From contig CAWHAE010000016.1 in NCBI GenBank assembly GCA_963827235.1, forward strand, positions 800,001 to 864,000: a stretch of DNA of 64,000 nucleotides. The letters run 5' to 3'. Below, piece after piece: positions 63,316 through 64,000 of the stretch. The notes beneath the pieces are model-generated. The model was given only the letters and a program-made list of their open reading frames with translations. It searched no databases and had not been told where the DNA came from. This DNA comes from an uncultured bacterium. GTDB lineage: Bacteria > Chloroflexota > UBA5177 > JANWHV01. Positions within the stretch are counted from its first letter, which is position 1. Every line of letters begins with the position of its first letter. The translations under genes and the position numbers were made by a program.

Positions 63316-64000
63316 ATGCAACTGCGCGTAGCCTTGGGGCAGATACCGGTCGTGAGCAGCGTTGCAGCCAATGTCGCCACTATCAGCAGGGCTGTGCGTG
63401 AAGCGGCTGCACAGCATGCCGATCTGCTGCTCACGCCGGAAGGCTCGTTGAGCGGATACACGTCACACTTCGACGCCCAAGAAGTCGTGGAGGCGTTGGA
63501 GCAGGTTCGCCGCGCCGCGCACGATGCCGGCGTCGGTCTGGCCCTTGGCACCTGTATGCGCGAGGGTGATGGGCACCGCTACGATCAACTGCGTTTCTAT
63601 GAGCCAGACGGCACGTTCCGCGGCTTTCACGCCAAGATCCTGACTTGCGGCAGCTGGGATACGCCTCCGGTGGGCGAGATCAACGAGTACCGGTCGGCTC
63701 CACTGCGGACGTTCGCACTGCTCGGTACGGTAGTGGGAGGACTGATCTGCAACGATCTGTGGGCCAACCCAACCTGCACGCCTGTGCCCGATCCGCACCT
63801 GTCCCAGCAGCTGGCTGCCCTCGGCGCGCGGGTGATTCTGCACGCCGTCAACGGAGATCGTGACGCGTCGGAGTTGTCACAGAGGGTGTGTCGCAACTTC
63901 CATGAGAGCAATCTGCTCCTGCGCGCCAAGGCAGGCCACCTTATCGTCGCCACCGTGGACAACTGTGAGCCGGATACGCTGCGCACCTCGAGTCCAGGCG
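63316..64000 (+). CDS. Carbon-nitrogen hydrolase (nitrilase superfamily), 3'-truncated by window edge
   Basis: GAGGAGGAG RBS; MQLRVALGQ...LLTPEGSLSGY...FHAKIL...GLICNDLW (E-K-C triad); not in ORF track because no stop. Confidence 0.9.
   Translation, partial: MQLRVALGQIPVVSSVAANVATISRAVREAAAQHADLLLTPEGSLSGYTSHFDAQEVVEALEQVRRAAHDAGVGLALGTCMREGDGHRYDQLRFYEPDGTFRGFHAKILTCGSWDTPPVGEINEYRSAPLRTFALLGTVVGGLICNDLWANPTCTPVPDPHLSQQLAALGARVILHAVNGDRDASELSQRVCRNFHESNLLLRAKAGHLIVATVDNCEPDTLRTSSPG

Overview
High-GC bacterial chromosome segment; Chloroflexota-like by signal-peptide style and gene content (inference only). No rRNA, tRNA, CRISPR array or intact mobile element was seen. Left to right: (1) a glycan-modification cluster: GH26, two tandem GT2 paralogues identical over 716 bp except for a 16-bp patch at the catalytic motif, GT4, an ArnT/PMT-type GT-C enzyme and a divergent GT4-GAF fusion; (2) a LacI plus sugar ABC locus with two GH116 genes; (3) a stretch of gene remnants (HATPase, RuBisCO-like, MetY) among small redox genes; (4) a moeZ-cysO-cysM-mec cysteine operon sharing an AT-rich upstream motif with a HisC-like aminotransferase; (5) TetR/MFS; (6) a ROK-controlled putative amino-sugar locus with ABC transporter, M20 amidohydrolase, two URO-D/MtaA-fold proteins, NagB-like isomerase and a broken PIG-L deacetylase; (7) a decayed SWIM-DUF5691-MoxR-VWA cluster; (8) kinase, LexA-type HTH fusion, DUF3750-like, Arc and SPFH genes; (9) a LacI plus ABC plus GH35-like locus with a coupled unknown gene; (10) a nitrilase-family gene running off the end. 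Several frameshifts may be consensus errors; others come with nonsense, start-codon and deletion lesions and look like real decay. All family calls are from motif recognition by eye, not database searches.
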